A DNA stretch of 64,000 nt from Candidatus Omnitrophota bacterium (lineage in GTDB: Bacteria; Omnitrophota; Gorgyraeia; Gygaellales; Profunditerraquicolaceae): assembly GCA_041650295.1 (NCBI GenBank), contig JBAZLM010000001.1:64318-128317 (forward strand). Reading direction: 5' to 3'. This document shows, one piece after another, positions 9,325-21,870 of the stretch; the first letter of the stretch is position 1, and every line of letters starts with the position of its first letter. The position numbers and the translations under genes were made by a program. Under the pieces are notes generated by a model. That model was not told where the DNA came from. It made no database searches and saw only the letters and a program-made list of their open reading frames with translations.

Positions 9325-9863
9325 TATGCTTTCTCCGCAATTAAAACTTCATCACTGCCATCAGACTCTTGTAAATGCACTTCTACTGCTTCTTTATGAG
9401 AAGTTGGAATATTTTTGCCCACAAAATCTGCGCGAATTGGTAGCTCGCGATGTCCGCGGTCGACTAAAACTGCCAACTGTATCGACTTAGGTCGGCCAAA
9501 ATCAATTAAGGCGTCCAGTGCTGCCCGAATGGTGCGCCCGGTATAAAGCACATCGTCGACTAAAACTAAATTTTGATTATTAATGTCGAAATCTATTTCG
9601 GTTTTTCGCACCAACGGTTGGCCGGAAGCCAGCGCTAAATCATCGCGGTAGAGAGTAATATCTAAAGCGCCGACTGGAACATCGATATTTTCAATTTTCT
9701 TGATACATTCGGCGATACGTTTAGCAATAAAAACCCCGCGATTACGAATTCCAACTATACATAAATCAACCGTGCCCTTATTTTTTTCAATAATTTCATG
9801 GGCAATGCGCATAATCGCCCGATTTATGCCTTCCTGATCCAATATTTTAACTTTTTCCTTCAT
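9324..9863 (-). CDS. pyrR: bifunctional pyrimidine operon regulator / uracil phosphoribosyltransferase
   Basis: 179 aa; PRPP-binding motif [12 protein letters not shown]; leader contains a PyrR-binding box. Confidence 0.9.
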   Translation of the reverse strand: MKEKVKILDQEGINRAIMRIAHEIIEKNKGTVDLCIVGIRNRGVFIAKRIAECIKKIENIDVPVGALDITLYRDDLALASGQPLVRKTEIDFDINNQNLVLVDDVLYTGRTIRAALDALIDFGRPKSIQLAVLVDRGHRELPIRADFVGKNIPTSHKEAVEVHLQESDGSDEVLIAEKA

Positions 9864-9874
9864 CTAGCCCTCGT

Positions 9875-9990
9875 AGGCACAAAAATACCCTCGGCTTGGT
9901 TTGCCCAGGGTTCATAAGTTTTTAATAATTTATTCTGCATTTTATTTACCTTGCCAGCTTCTCAGAGCCGGACTTAAAGGTCCATTTAAG
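9875..9990 (-). promoter_or_regulatory. PyrR-dependent transcription attenuator (binding loop/antiterminator plus intrinsic terminator)
   Basis: Minus-strand RNA reads GUCCGGCUCUGAGAAGCUGGCAAGG, matching the PyrR box UCCNGNGAGGCUGAGAAGG. Downstream, CCCUGGG..GCCGAGGG followed by UAUUUUUGU precedes the pyrR RBS. Confidence 0.55.
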
Positions 9991-9994
9991 GTTA

Positions 9995-10022
9995 ATTATA
10001 CTGCCAAATGCTTATTTGTCAA
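9995..10022 (-). promoter_or_regulatory. sigma70-type promoter of the pyr operon
   Basis: Minus strand TTGACA-16nt-TATAAT (rc of 10017-10022 and 9995-10000). Confidence 0.5.
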
Positions 10023-10024
10023 GT

Positions 10025-10678
10025 CTAAATTATAATTACAAACTCCCCTCTCGGTTTAGGATTTATAAGCTTTTCTTGAATAATTTTTGGGTCTCCGCGT
10101 AGCACTTCCTCAAACTTTTTGGTCAGCTCTCTGGCCACCACCACTTCTTTATCTGGGAAAACTGCCTTTATATCATCTAAACTGGCTAAGATACGATGAC
10201 AAGACTCATAAAACACTAACGTACAACCCAATTGCTTTAATTTCTCTAGCTGATTTCTGCGCGCTTGCGCACGATTAACTAAAAAACCTCCAAAATAAAA
10301 TTCATGTGCCGGTTTACCGGAAAGCACCAAAGCATTGACAAAAGCAGCTGGTCCAGGAATAAAAGTTAATTCAATATTATTTTGTATGGCTAAATTAATT
10401 AAATTATACCCAGGATCCAAAATTCCCGGGGTGCCCGCATCAGAGACCAGGGCAACATTTTTTCCTTCTTTTAATAATTTAATTAAGTAATCCCCTTTTG
10501 TAAATCGATTATGTTGGAAAAAGCTCGTCGTGGGAGTGGTGATTTGATAATGGGTTAAAAGAATTTTGGTGTGGCGAGTATCTTCACAAGCAATTAAATC
10601 AACGCTTTTTAATATCTCTATAGCGCGATAGGTGAGATCTTTTAAGTTGCCAATAGGGGTAGCGACGATGTATAGCAT
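10025..10678 (-). CDS. rsmI: 16S rRNA (cytidine1402-2'-O)-methyltransferase
   Basis: 217 aa; LYIVATPIGNLKD..ACEDTR tetrapyrrole-methylase fold signature. Confidence 0.85.
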   Translation of the reverse strand: MLYIVATPIGNLKDLTYRAIEILKSVDLIACEDTRHTKILLTHYQITTPTTSFFQHNRFTKGDYLIKLLKEGKNVALVSDAGTPGILDPGYNLINLAIQNNIELTFIPGPAAFVNALVLSGKPAHEFYFGGFLVNRAQARRNQLEKLKQLGCTLVFYESCHRILASLDDIKAVFPDKEVVVARELTKKFEEVLRGDPKIIQEKLINPKPRGEFVIII

Positions 10679-10730
10679 ATTAGAGATTGCTTCCCCGCCA
10701 CGAAAATGGCGGGTCGCAATGACGACGATA

Positions 10731-12569
10731 TTATTCTACAGTTACAGACTTAGCTAAATTACGCGGCTGATCCACATCACACCCGCGTTTTACCGCAATA
10801 TGATATGCTAATAATTGTAAAGGTAATACTACTAACAAAGGTGAAAACATCTCTTCGATTTTAGGAACATAAATCACTTCATTGGTTAACTCTTTAATCT
10901 CTTTATCCCCGTCGGTAGCAATAGCAATAATTTTGCCTTTACGCGAGCGAATTTCTTGAATATTAGAGATCATTTTTTCATATACTTTCGATAATGGAGC
11001 AATACAAACTACTGCTCGATACTCATCAATTAACGCAATCGGCCCGTGTTTCATCTCGCCGGCAGCATAACCTTCTGCCGGAATATAAGAAATTTCTTTT
11101 AATTTTAATGCTCCTTCTAAAGCCGAAGGATAATTAACATTCCTACCCAAATATAAAAACGATCCTAAATGCGAATGTTTACGCGCAAGCGTAGCAATAC
11201 TTTTTTGTAACTTTAAAATTTCAATCTGATGCTCTGGCACTTTACGCAACTCTTCAATTAATTTTTTAATTTTGGTCGCAGAAACCGTACCTTTAATTTG
11301 AGCTAGATATAATGCAAATAAATAAAGCGCGGTTAACTGCGCAGTATAAGCTTTAGTCGAAGCCACGCCAATTTCCGGTCCAGCATGCGTATAAATTATA
11401 CCATCGCTTTCTCTGGTCAGCGTCGAGCCTAAGACATTGCACACTGATAACACCATCGACCCTAATCGCTTGGCTTCTCTAATTCCCGCCAACGTATCGG
11501 CAGTCTCGCCAGATTGGCTAATCGCAATGACTAAAGTCTCTGGACCAATTAAAAGATCGCGATAACGAAACTCACTAGAGACATCGATTTGCGTAGCCAC
11601 CCCACAAATAGACTCAAGGGTATACTTAGCTACCATTCCAGCATGATAAGCCGTACCACAAGCCACAATAAATATTTTTTGTATTTCTTTTAATTTTTCT
11701 TCGGCAATATTTTGCTCTTCAAAAAATATCTTTCCAGTTTCTTTGTGAATACGGGAATAAATTAAATTTTTTAAAATTTGCGGTTGCTCATTAATTTCTT
11801 TGAGCATAAAATGATCATATCCACCTTTTTCTGCCTGGGCAATATCCCAATTAATGTGCACGATGTCTTTAAAAACGGTTTTGCCATCTAGGTTGCTAAC
11901 TTTATAATTATCTTTATCTAATACGACAATTTCATTTTCATCTAGAAAAATAACTTCTTTGGTAAATCCTAAAATTGCAGGAACATCGGAGGCTAAAAAG
12001 TTTTCACCCTTGCCCACTCCAACGATCAATGGGCTGCCAAAACGCGCACCAATTAATTTATTCGGTTCTTTAGCAGAAATAACTCCAATGGCAAAAGAAC
12101 CAATTAATAATTTTAAAGCCTTAGCCACCGCTTCTTCTAAAGATACATTTACATAAAACTTTTCAATTAAGTGCACAATAACTTCGGTATCAGTTTGACT
12201 GACAAAGGTGTGGCCGTCTTTAATTAATTGTAGTTTAAGTGCTTCAAAATTTTCAATAATTCCGTTATGCACGACGGCAATTTGCCCTGAGCAATCTGGA
12301 TGAGGATGGGCATTAGCCTGCGTAGGCGCACCGTGAGTCGCCCAACGCGTATGGGCAATGCCGACTACACCGCTTAACGGTTTACTTTTAACTAATTTTT
12401 CTAATGCACTAATTTTTCCGGGAGATTTACGAATGCCAACACTACTTTTTTTAGGAAGGATTAACGCGATACCACTGGAATCATAGCCGCGATATTCTAG
12501 GCGTTTTAAACCCGCCAATAAAATTGGCTGAGCTTCTTTTTCGCCGATATATCCGACTATGCCGCACAT
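10731..12569 (-). CDS. glmS: glutamine--fructose-6-phosphate aminotransferase
   Basis: 612 aa; MCGIVGY N-terminal nucleophile; two SIS domains; ends ..VTVE. Confidence 0.95.
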   Translation of the reverse strand: MCGIVGYIGEKEAQPILLAGLKRLEYRGYDSSGIALILPKKSSVGIRKSPGKISALEKLVKSKPLSGVVGIAHTRWATHGAPTQANAHPHPDCSGQIAVVHNGIIENFEALKLQLIKDGHTFVSQTDTEVIVHLIEKFYVNVSLEEAVAKALKLLIGSFAIGVISAKEPNKLIGARFGSPLIVGVGKGENFLASDVPAILGFTKEVIFLDENEIVVLDKDNYKVSNLDGKTVFKDIVHINWDIAQAEKGGYDHFMLKEINEQPQILKNLIYSRIHKETGKIFFEEQNIAEEKLKEIQKIFIVACGTAYHAGMVAKYTLESICGVATQIDVSSEFRYRDLLIGPETLVIAISQSGETADTLAGIREAKRLGSMVLSVCNVLGSTLTRESDGIIYTHAGPEIGVASTKAYTAQLTALYLFALYLAQIKGTVSATKIKKLIEELRKVPEHQIEILKLQKSIATLARKHSHLGSFLYLGRNVNYPSALEGALKLKEISYIPAEGYAAGEMKHGPIALIDEYRAVVCIAPLSKVYEKMISNIQEIRSRKGKIIAIATDGDKEIKELTNEVIYVPKIEEMFSPLLVVLPLQLLAYHIAVKRGCDVDQPRNLAKSVTVE

Positions 12570-12588
12570 GTATACACCTTAAATTTAA

Positions 12589-12663
12589 TGACCCTAACGG
12601 GATTTGAACCCGTGTCGAGAGCTTGAAAAGCTCTTGTCCTAGACCAGGCTAGACGATAGGGTC
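12589..12663 (-). tRNA. tRNA-Glu (anticodon TTC)
   Basis: Reverse complement gives GACCCTATCGTCTAGCCTGGTCTAGGAC...GGGTTCAAATCCCGTTAGGGTCA; anticodon loop TTTTCAA; squeezed between gyrA stop and glmS start. Confidence 0.85.
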
Positions 12664-12671
12664 GATTAGTC

Positions 12672-15104
12672 TTATGCTTCTTCTTCAGCAATTACTGGAG
12701 CCACACAAGAAACATGATCCTTGTCTTGTAACTTAATTAACCGTACACCTTGTGAAGAACGACCAGTTTCACGAATATCTTTTATAGCGCAACGTAAAAA
12801 TATACCATTTTGAGTAATCACCATCAACTCATCCCTGTCATTGACGGTTTTTAAATTTACCGCCTGCCCATTTTTATCAGTAACTTTAATATTAATTACA
12901 CCTTTACCACCGCGGCTGGTTAAACGATATTCATCAATGGTGGTGCGCTTTGCAAAACCTAATGCGGTTACAGTAAGAATAGTAGAATTTTTCTGCGGCA
13001 CAACCATATCAATGACTTCATCCTTTTTAGCCAATGAAATCGCGCGTACCCCATGTGCACCACGCCCCATTTCTCGTACTTTCTCCTCACTAAACCTGAT
13101 CGCTTTTCCTTGACGAGTACCGATTAATAATTCTTGTTTGCCGTCGGTCATCTCTACACCAATTAAAGCATCATCTTTATCTAAAGTAATACCAATAATA
13201 CCGCCTTTGCGGGGATTACCATATGCCTCTAATTTAGTTTTCTTAATTTGTCCTAGCTTAGTCACCATTACTAAATATTTGTCCGCAGAAAATTCCTTTA
13301 CCGGGATAGTGGAGCTAACCTTAGCTGACGCTTCCATCTGCACCAAGTTGACAATCGCTTTACCTTTAGAGATACGACTGGCTTGCGGAATCTCATAAAC
13401 TTTTAACCAATGCACCTGGCCTTTATCGGTAAAAATTAATAAATAATCTTTAGTTGAGGCGACAAATAAATGTTCACTAAAATCTTCTTCTTTTAATTCT
13501 GCTCCGGTAGAGCCGGTGCCACCACGTTTTTGCTTACGATACGCACTGACCGGTAAACGTTTAATATAGCCACCGTGACTAATGGTCACCACTACATCTT
13601 CTTCAGCAATTAAGTCTTCTACTTCTAATTCCTCAGCTTCTCCGACGATATCGGTGCGCCGAGAATCACCAAATTTTTTCTTTAACTCTTCTAATTCTTC
13701 TTTAATAATCGCTTCGATTTTTTTAAGCGAAGCTAAAATAGAGCGACAAATTTCAATCTTCTTTAAAAGTTCAGCATACTCTGCTTCTAACTTATCCCGC
13801 TCTAAAGCAGTCAGGCGCTGTAACTGCATTTCCAGAATAGCCTGAGCTTGCAACTCTGAAAGCTCAAACTCTTTCATTAAATTAAGCTTGGCCGCTTCTA
13901 TACTTTTAGAAGTTTTAATAACTTTAATAATCCGATCAATATGTTGTTGGGCAATTTTTAATCCTTCTAAAATATGCGCACGTTTTAAAGCTTTATCTAA
14001 TTCAAATTGGGTGCGTCTACGAATAACTACCCGACGGTGTTCAATATAACAATCCAATACTTGACGCAAATTTAAAACTTTAGGCCGATTATCTACCAAG
14101 GCCAACATAATCACGCCAAAAGTACTCTCTAGCTGTGTATGCTTAAAGAGTTGGTTTAAAATAATCTGTGATTCAACATCACGCTTAAGCTCCACAACTA
14201 TACGCATACCTTCTTTATCGGATTCATCGCGAATATCGGAAATTCCTTCGATTTTTTTATCATCGACTAAAGCCGCGATAGCTTCAATGAGCGAAGACTT
14301 TTGCACCTGGTAAGGAATCTCGGTAAAGATAATGAGGTCTTTACCATTCTTCTGGTGTTCAATCGTGGCTTTACCGCGCATGACTAATTTTCCGCGCCCA
14401 GTAGTATAAGCATCTTTAATGCCGCCTTTACCACAAATCAAACCACCGGTCGGAAAATCCGGGCCCTTAATATAACGCATCAAATCTTTAATCTCTGCGT
14501 TAGGATTGTCTAACAAATAAATAATGGCATCACACACTTCAGTCAAATTATGCGGGGGGATATTGGTCGCCATACCCACGGCAATGCCACTAGAGCCATT
14601 CACCAAAAGATTGGGTAAAGATGCGGGTAATAATAACGGTTCTTTTAAAGAGGAGTCGAAATTAGGTCCGTAATTAACAGTTTCTTTTTCAATGTCACCC
14701 AACATTTCATCAGAGACCGCCGCCAGACGAGCTTCAGTATAACGCATAGCCGCAGCAGTATCACCATCCACCGAACCAAAGTTTCCTTGACCATCAATTA
14801 ACGGATAACGTAATGAAAAATCCTGTGCCATTCTCACCAAGGTATCATAAATGGCAGAGTCACCATGCGGGTGATACTTACCCATCGTCTCACCGACGAT
14901 ACGTGCACATTTTTTATAAGGTTTAGAATGCTCAAGATTAAGCTCGCGCATCGCATACAGTATGCGTCGATGAACAGGTTTTAAACCATCGCGTACATCG
15001 GGCAAAGCTCGCCCCACAATGACACTCATGGAATAATTTAAATATGAGTCTTTAACTTCATCCTCAATATAAACTTCAATTATTTTTTCATTACGCGTAT
15101 ACAT
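12672..15104 (-). CDS. gyrA: DNA gyrase subunit A
   Basis: 810 aa; AMRYTE active-site Tyr motif; QRDR; C-terminal beta-pinwheel repeats. Confidence 0.95.
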   Translation of the reverse strand: MYTRNEKIIEVYIEDEVKDSYLNYSMSVIVGRALPDVRDGLKPVHRRILYAMRELNLEHSKPYKKCARIVGETMGKYHPHGDSAIYDTLVRMAQDFSLRYPLIDGQGNFGSVDGDTAAAMRYTEARLAAVSDEMLGDIEKETVNYGPNFDSSLKEPLLLPASLPNLLVNGSSGIAVGMATNIPPHNLTEVCDAIIYLLDNPNAEIKDLMRYIKGPDFPTGGLICGKGGIKDAYTTGRGKLVMRGKATIEHQKNGKDLIIFTEIPYQVQKSSLIEAIAALVDDKKIEGISDIRDESDKEGMRIVVELKRDVESQIILNQLFKHTQLESTFGVIMLALVDNRPKVLNLRQVLDCYIEHRRVVIRRRTQFELDKALKRAHILEGLKIAQQHIDRIIKVIKTSKSIEAAKLNLMKEFELSELQAQAILEMQLQRLTALERDKLEAEYAELLKKIEICRSILASLKKIEAIIKEELEELKKKFGDSRRTDIVGEAEELEVEDLIAEEDVVVTISHGGYIKRLPVSAYRKQKRGGTGSTGAELKEEDFSEHLFVASTKDYLLIFTDKGQVHWLKVYEIPQASRISKGKAIVNLVQMEASAKVSSTIPVKEFSADKYLVMVTKLGQIKKTKLEAYGNPRKGGIIGITLDKDDALIGVEMTDGKQELLIGTRQGKAIRFSEEKVREMGRGAHGVRAISLAKKDEVIDMVVPQKNSTILTVTALGFAKRTTIDEYRLTSRGGKGVINIKVTDKNGQAVNLKTVNDRDELMVITQNGIFLRCAIKDIRETGRSSQGVRLIKLQDKDHVSCVAPVIAEEEA

Positions 15105-15112
15105 ATTTTAGC

Positions 15113-15931
15113 TTATAAAATTTCTTTTAATTTTTTATACAACACCACATTGCTCATCGTCCAAAAAGGTACTAATATAATATTCATCAAGAAAATATAA
15201 AGTGTAGTTACGATATTAACCGGTGACATCAGATCAGGACCAGCGTCAGTAAATATACCTAAAATAAACACCGGTAACAGTCCTACTAGATAAACTAAAA
15301 TAATTAATCCGTACGTGCCCACCACAGGATTAATATGTTTCTTAATTAATGCACAGCTTTGTTTTAAAGCAGCCAATGGACCTAAAGTTTCATAAACGCA
15401 AACTAATGCAGATAACGACCAACGCAACGCCACAGCCAACACTAACAATAAAGCCGCAACTAATAAAATAACTCCAAAAATTAATCCTATCGTTTGATTT
15501 AATTTTAATAGCATGGGCAACACAACTGTACCTAATATACCCACAATAATTGCAAAACCCGCTGCAAATATCACTATACAAATAATTAAAACTAAATATT
15601 TTAAAAAATAGTTTTTAACTTCTTGAATACTTTGTTTAATTGTATAGGTTTGTGCACTAACTATTTTGTTAGCGCTCAATAATAGTGAAATATAACCCCA
15701 ACTACTAATAACTAAGATCAACATAAAAGCCGCAGTTTGCGCCAAAGTTGTTGGTTGGCCTGCAGCAGTATTCATAAACGGTAAAAACGACATCAAGGTA
15801 ACCGGTAAATTAAAGATCAAATAAATCAGACCAAGTTGTTTTAAATTCGATCTACAAAAACTTCCAGCTTGTTTAAGAATAGCTACTGGATGCAACGCCA
15901 CATTTTCTTGGTTAGACATATCTGCCTCCAT
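15113..15931 (-). CDS. hypothetical polytopic membrane protein inserted between gyrB and gyrA
   Basis: 272 aa; about 6 predicted hydrophobic helices; no recognisable motif. Confidence 0.5.
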   Translation of the reverse strand: MEADMSNQENVALHPVAILKQAGSFCRSNLKQLGLIYLIFNLPVTLMSFLPFMNTAAGQPTTLAQTAAFMLILVISSWGYISLLLSANKIVSAQTYTIKQSIQEVKNYFLKYLVLIICIVIFAAGFAIIVGILGTVVLPMLLKLNQTIGLIFGVILLVAALLLVLAVALRWSLSALVCVYETLGPLAALKQSCALIKKHINPVVGTYGLIILVYLVGLLPVFILGIFTDAGPDLMSPVNIVTTLYIFLMNIILVPFWTMSNVVLYKKLKEIL

Positions 15932-15933
15932 AG

Positions 15934-18372
<2,439 letters not shown>

Positions 18373-18657
18373 TTAAAGTTCTCCAATGCGTAAACTAATA
18401 TTTTTTAATTCTTTATTTTCTTTTTGAAGGATTTCCAACAACTCAACTTTTTTTAAACTTAAAATATAGAGCCAGGCCGAAGAATCTACGCTCAAACCCA
18501 ACACACCCTTACTGAAATATTTAACTTTTATATGCTGCAACTCTTTCTTTGTCAAGGCTTTTTTTAACCACTGCTGCGGTCCAGCCTCGGAAACCGCATT
18601 TTTTTTAACATTAAGCCCTTGCATCACATCATCTAATGTTTTTTTTAAAAGCTCCAT
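18373..18657 (-). CDS. DUF721-family small protein
   Basis: 94 aa; position and size match the DUF721 protein commonly found between dnaN/recF and gyrB. Confidence 0.5.
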   Translation of the reverse strand: MELLKKTLDDVMQGLNVKKNAVSEAGPQQWLKKALTKKELQHIKVKYFSKGVLGLSVDSSAWLYILSLKKVELLEILQKENKELKNISLRIGEL

Positions 18658-18660
18658 TTT

Positions 18661-19755
18661 TTAACTTAAGCGCATAGGCAAAACTATATATACATAACCA
18701 CTAATTCTAACCACTCCTGGTTTTTCTGTATCCATTAATTCTAAATTCACATGATCATCATGTAAGTTTTTTAACACATCCATTAAATATATCGGATTAA
18801 ACCCAATGACTAACTCTTTTCCTTGATACTCCACCTCTAATTCTTCATGAAACTCTCCTACATCGGGCGTAGACTTAGAAATTACTAATTTATTTTTAAA
18901 AACTTCTAATTTCACCGCCTGATAATCTGGCGTTGACAACAATGCCGCTCTTTTAGTAGCTAATAAAAACTGGGTTCGTGAAACTTTGATTTTATTATCT
19001 GAGGCCAGTGGGATAACTTGTTTATAATCCGGAAATTCTCCTTCAATAAGACGTGATATAATCGCTACGCTACCTAAATCAAACAAAGCTTGATTGCTAC
19101 TTACCACCAACGATAATTCCCCTTGATCTTTTAAATTGCGATTTAATTCATGGATTGTTTTAATCGGAATAATCATACTCACTTCTATATCATTTTCTCC
19201 CAAAGTAAGTTTCTCGTCGGCAATAGCTAAACGTTTACCATCCGTAGCTACCAAAGTAAGATTACCTTTAGTAATTTTAAAAAGAATACCGTTTAAAACA
19301 TACCGTGTTTCATCAAAAGAAACCGCAAAAGCAGTCAAAGATAACATCTGTTTTAAAACGCCTTGCTCAATCTTAATCACTTTTTTATCTTTAAACTCTG
19401 GTAATTTAGGAAACTCTTCTTTAGCTAATCCCATAATTTTAAATTGACACAAATCAGAGTCAATTACCACTTGATTGTTTTTCTTAGTAGTAATATTAAT
19501 GGTTTCTAAGGGAAATTCTTTAATAATATCACTAAATCTCTTCGCAGGAATCGTAATCGCCCCCTGTTCTTGAGTATCCACAGGAATTACACAAGTTATC
19601 CCAATATCTAAATCTGTAGCCGTTAACTTTAAAATATCCGCTTGAGCTTCAATTAAGATATTAGAAAGAATGGGTAGGGCAGATTTAGAGGTAATAATGT
19701 TCTGTACTACTTGAATTGCACCGATAAGTTGATTTTTTTCGACTTTAAACTTCAT
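18661..19755 (-). CDS. dnaN: DNA polymerase III beta sliding clamp
   Basis: 364 aa; three-domain clamp; immediately downstream of dnaA. Confidence 0.9.
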   Translation of the reverse strand: MKFKVEKNQLIGAIQVVQNIITSKSALPILSNILIEAQADILKLTATDLDIGITCVIPVDTQEQGAITIPAKRFSDIIKEFPLETINITTKKNNQVVIDSDLCQFKIMGLAKEEFPKLPEFKDKKVIKIEQGVLKQMLSLTAFAVSFDETRYVLNGILFKITKGNLTLVATDGKRLAIADEKLTLGENDIEVSMIIPIKTIHELNRNLKDQGELSLVVSSNQALFDLGSVAIISRLIEGEFPDYKQVIPLASDNKIKVSRTQFLLATKRAALLSTPDYQAVKLEVFKNKLVISKSTPDVGEFHEELEVEYQGKELVIGFNPIYLMDVLKNLHDDHVNLELMDTEKPGVVRISGYVYIVLPMRLS

Positions 19756-19896
19756 TTAACAATCTCCTTCTATTTATATATATTTAATAACTTAAAATAA
19801 TAGTAGTCTTAATAGGACCAAAAATCTGTGTACAAGCATAAAAACGGTTGTTATATATATGTTTAGAATAAAAATTAGCGGTTAATAACCTGGGTG
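19756..19896. other. dnaA-dnaN intergenic AT-rich region; candidate oriC DNA-unwinding element half
   Basis: Runs such as ttctatttatatatatttaataacttaaaataatag; DnaA-box-like TGTGTACAA; TTATCCAAG/TTATCAAAC just inside the dnaA 3' end. Confidence 0.4.
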
Positions 19897-21234
19897 TCAT
19901 TGTTTGATAACTTGGATAACTTTTTCAATTCGGGTTTTTAATTCCGGATTACAGTGAATATCCTCTTTTAATTTATTGTATGAATGTAAAACCGTAGTAT
20001 GGTCTTTGCCGCCAAAAAGCTCTCCAATTTCTGGTAGCGATAAATCTGTTAACTCTCTACTTAAATACATAGCGATTTGTCTGGGGAAAACAATTTGTTT
20101 GTTACGCTTCTTAGTTTTTAAATCTTGTAAAGAAATTCCAAATTCTTCTACCACGCAACGTTGAATAAAATCCACAGTAATTAATTTAGTTGGTTCTCTT
20201 AAGAGATCTTTTAAAACTTCTTGGGCTAATGGTAGTGTTACTGGCGCCTCTTCTAATAATGAATAAGCAATGGTGCGAATTAAAGCGCCTTCTAATTCTC
20301 GAATATTAGTTTTAATTAATTGCGCAATAAAAAAAATGACTTCGTCGGGTACAGCAACAGGTTCTCTTTCAATTTTCTTTTTTAAAATAGCCACGCGAGT
20401 TTCTAAATCGGGAGGCTGGATATCTGTAGCCAGGCCCCAACCGAAACGAGAGACTAATCGTTCCTGCAGATTAGTGATTTCTTTTGGTGGTCGGTCAGAG
20501 GAAAAAACAATTTGTTTATGCGCGTCGTATAAAGTGTTAAAAGTATGAAAAAATTCTTCCTGTGTAGATTCTTTACCAGCGATAAAATGAATATCATCAA
20601 TGACTAATACATCTAAGGAACGATATTTTTGTCGAAAGGCTGCTGTGGAACGATGAGCGATGGCATCGATTAATTCATTAGTAAATTTTTCACTGGAGAC
20701 ATAACATATCTTTACTCCAGAGGGTGCATTGTTACGAATTTGATGACAGATCGCCTGGATCAGATGTGTTTTGCCTAAACCAACTCCTCCGTAAATAAAT
20801 AAAGGGTTATAAGTTTTGGCTGGAGAATTAGCTACGGCGATGGAATATGCGTGAGCATGTCGATTGGATGGGCCAATCACAAAATTGTCAAAAGTGTAGC
20901 GGGAATTAAGATTAATGAAACCTGTAGTGATTGTAGGTTTGTTAGTTGCTTCTATTGTTGCAGGGGTTGTTTCTGTTTTTGTGGGGGTAGTGTTAGCTAC
21001 GAGTTTTACTAACAGATTATCCAAGCCCCTAAGCTTTAAAGTTTCTTGAATAAGATGCAGATAATGTTTTTCTACCCAATCTTTAAAAAATTGGTCCGGC
21101 GCCTCTAAGTGAAGATTATGATCATCCGTGGGCAATAGTTTTAGTGGTGCAATCCAAGTAGTAAAGACGGTTTCACCGAGTTTAGTCTTTAAGTCTCCTT
21201 GTGTCTTTTCCCAGTTTTTGGTTAGCTCGAGCAT
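19897..21234 (-). CDS. dnaA: chromosomal replication initiator protein
   Basis: 445 aa; Walker A GGVGLGKTHL, AAA+ box and C-terminal DnaA-box-binding HTH. Confidence 0.95.
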   Translation of the reverse strand: MLELTKNWEKTQGDLKTKLGETVFTTWIAPLKLLPTDDHNLHLEAPDQFFKDWVEKHYLHLIQETLKLRGLDNLLVKLVANTTPTKTETTPATIEATNKPTITTGFINLNSRYTFDNFVIGPSNRHAHAYSIAVANSPAKTYNPLFIYGGVGLGKTHLIQAICHQIRNNAPSGVKICYVSSEKFTNELIDAIAHRSTAAFRQKYRSLDVLVIDDIHFIAGKESTQEEFFHTFNTLYDAHKQIVFSSDRPPKEITNLQERLVSRFGWGLATDIQPPDLETRVAILKKKIEREPVAVPDEVIFFIAQLIKTNIRELEGALIRTIAYSLLEEAPVTLPLAQEVLKDLLREPTKLITVDFIQRCVVEEFGISLQDLKTKKRNKQIVFPRQIAMYLSRELTDLSLPEIGELFGGKDHTTVLHSYNKLKEDIHCNPELKTRIEKVIQVIKQ

Positions 21235-21490
21235 GATTTGTTAAAGTAATATACAGAGTTAACAGCTTATGCACACCTTGCATAAATCTGTGGATAAATA
21301 AATGTGTTAATTTTTTTAAAACATAGCTATTATAACAGAGACCAAAATCCTTGCAAGTAAAAAAGTTAAATGTCAGTTATTATACAACAAACTACTAAAC
21401 CGTCAATAAAAAACTTGACCGATAAATAAATGTGTGTTACAATTCACAAATCTTAGAAGATATTCATTTCAACTTAAAGGAGTTATTGCA
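21235..21490. other. dnaA-rpmH intergenic region with DnaA boxes; candidate oriC part, dnaA promoter region and rpmH promoter
   Basis: Perfect DnaA box TGTGGATAA at 21289-21297; 8/9 box TTATGCACA at 21267-21275. 15-mer GATAAATAAATGTGT repeated at 21293-21307 and 21421-21435. TTGACC-17-TACAAT promoter at 21415-21443; gene orientation flips here. Confidence 0.5.
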
Positions 21491-21628
21491 ATGAAAAAGA
21501 ACCTAAAGACACCCACAAAAATTGTTGGTAAGAAACGCCATGGTTTCCGCAGTAAAATGGCCTCAAAAAATGGTCGTAAATTAATTGCCCGTCGACGTGC
21601 TAAAGGTAGAAAACGTTTAAGCATCTAA
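21491..21628 (+). CDS. rpmH: 50S ribosomal protein L34
   Basis: [45 protein letters not shown]; AAGGAG RBS 9 nt upstream; listed ORF has a spurious N-terminal extension. Confidence 0.85.
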   Translation: MKKNLKTPTKIVGKKRHGFRSKMASKNGRKLIARRRAKGRKRLSI

Positions 21629-21641
21629 TTGAGGTAATACT

Positions 21642-21866
21642 TTGCCTGCGAGATTAAGTCGAGTTGCACTTACATTAATTACTTGTTATCAAAAATATTT
21701 GAGGCCGGCTCTTCCGGTCTGTTGTCGTTTTCAACCGAGCTGTTCGGAATATGCAAAGCAAGCAATTTTAAAATATGGTTTAATAAAAGGAGTATTCAAG
21801 GGTTTCATGAGAATATTGCGGTGTCATCCTTTTTCAGGACGCTGCGGATATGATCCCTTAATATAA
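21642..21866 (+). CDS. yidD: membrane protein insertion efficiency factor
   Basis: 74 aa; CRFQPSCSEYA and HPFSGRCGYDP motifs; follows rpmH with no rnpA in between. Confidence 0.85.
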   Translation: MPARLSRVALTLITCYQKYLRPALPVCCRFQPSCSEYAKQAILKYGLIKGVFKGFMRILRCHPFSGRCGYDPLI

Positions 21867-21870
21867 AATT

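Noticed and set aside
10679-10730. Hairpin CCGCCA-cgaaaa-TGGCGG between glmS and rsmI as an intrinsic terminator
   Set aside because: No U-tract follows on either strand and rsmI starts 8 nt later with no promoter of its own; more likely a stability or processing hairpin in a polycistronic transcript
12570-12588. glmS ribozyme upstream of glmS
   Set aside because: Only 19 nt separate tRNA-Glu from the glmS start; no space for the ~170-nt ribozyme
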